From Camelus dromedarius (Eukaryota), in NCBI RefSeq assembly GCF_036321535.1, contig NC_087436.1:113896001-113960000 (forward strand): 64,000 nt of DNA, read 5' to 3'. Below, one piece after another: positions 62,853 through 64,000 of the stretch (positions within the stretch are counted from its first letter, which is position 1; the number at the start of each line of letters is the position of its first letter). The notes beneath the pieces are model-generated. The model was not told where the DNA came from and ran no database searches. It was given only the letters and a program-made list of their open reading frames with translations. Position numbers and translations under genes: made by a program.

Positions 62853-63881
62853 TGTAAAACACCATGTGTGTGTAATAAAGTAGTTTCTTATATAAATAGC
62901 AAATTTCATTTTATCCCTCCAACAGCCCTGTGGTACAAGTTGCTGATTCCCAGTTCTGCCTCATATTCAGCCTCTGCTAGAAGTGCTTTTGATGGGTCTG
63001 GCACACCCCCTAGCATGCCAGCACTGTCAGAGGTGTTAAAGACCCCATGGGCACAAGCAGTGCTGGCCTTCACCGTCTTCAGAGAGGCCCCTTCTACTCA
63101 TCACGTTGGTCCCGCAGCCTCCAGTGCTTTCTCTTACTTCTCAGCTTCCCCGTCCCTGCTACAGCCGTCATAGTCTCCCATGCCCACAGACAACCCCTGA
63201 GTGGGTGCCCTCTTCCTCAGTGTCTCTTGAGTATGTTTTAGTGCTGGCCTTCTAGGGCATAGTCACCCACACTTTCTGCCGTGCCTTTCTCACCTTCTCG
63301 GATGGGGCCACCAAGACACTCAGTCCTCTCTTTCTGGCCCATTTCGACTTGTGTGGGAACCTCTCCGTGTCTCCCATCAACTTCAGATGTCCCACATCAC
63401 TAGGATTCCCTATTAAAACCAAGACAGAAATAGCCAATCATAGCTCAATATATGTTTCCTAAACTATTGAATCAAGAACAATTAGTAAATAAATGAATGA
63501 ATAAACAGATAAATGCATCTTTGCAGATAATAAATCCTTTATCTAAAGAAATTTTTCATTACTTTCATCAATTTTGGTTGAATTTCAGGAATTAAGGATT
63601 ATTTTTGAAAGAATGTGTCAGTGGTAGAAAATCATTATTTATTTTAGCTGCATTTTTGTCAGGAAACTATGCTAAAAGGTGATCTTGCACATTTATAACT
63701 GTATTTCTGGTCCTAGATTAAATTTTTAGTATTTTCCTCCAAAGGTCTTTGTAAAGCATGTAGAGTAACTTAAGGAATTGTGAATGTCTGATAACAATAT
63801 CTAGGAATTGTTGAGTGTGGACTATGTGACAGACGTTGTATAAACATTTAATCCTCACAAAAATCTTATGTTGTAGAACAT

Positions 63882-64000
63882 TGATCAGGGTAGGATAAAT
63901 TAAACTGTGGTAACAAACTAAAATCTCAGAGGATTAACACATCAAAGCGTTACTTCTCATTCATGCTGCGTGTTAACGAAGATAGGGAGGGGTCTCTGAA
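63882..64000 (-). mobile_element. MLT1K/L-like MaLR LTR end (runs off the window)
   Basis: tcagggtaggata...ctgtggtaacaaac..aaaatctcagaggattaacaca..aaag..ttacttctcattcatgc. Confidence 0.7.

Noticed and set aside
63059..63299. Short direct repeats (agtgctggccttc twice) in a GC-richer block
   Set aside because: Only 13 bp, with inconsistent spacing of the second shared motif; not enough for a tandem duplication call
1..64000. CRISPR arrays, operons, prokaryotic or viral defence systems
   Set aside because: The sequence is mammalian repeat-rich non-coding DNA; no regularly spaced repeats or long ORFs

Overview
AT-rich mammalian (eutherian) genomic DNA, most likely a camelid (alpaca/llama/camel). 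That call rests on short L1 3' tails that match camelid L1 ends as I remember them, and on the absence of Alu, B1/B2, Bov-tA, PRE1, ERE or SINEC elements. The window is intronic or intergenic and dense in old interspersed repeats: MIR, L2, CR1/L3, L1M families, MaLR/ERVL/ERV1 solo LTRs, an ERVL fragment with a dUTPase remnant, and Tigger and hAT DNA transposon fossils. I recognise no protein-coding exon; every ORF in the track is either a transposon fossil or looks like chance. The main likely functional element is a CpG-retaining promoter-like zone at about 17.8-19.7 kb. It has a minus-strand TATA-like box, an initiator, a possible first exon and a cluster of Maf-type (MARE) motifs; I could not name the gene. 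The best-supported curiosities are nested insertions with readable target-site duplications (TSDs), including a candidate L1 3' transduction at 55.5 kb. I found no convincing novel biological system. Repeat family names come from remembered consensus sequences, and most repeat boundaries are approximate unless a TSD or terminal inverted repeat (TIR) is quoted.
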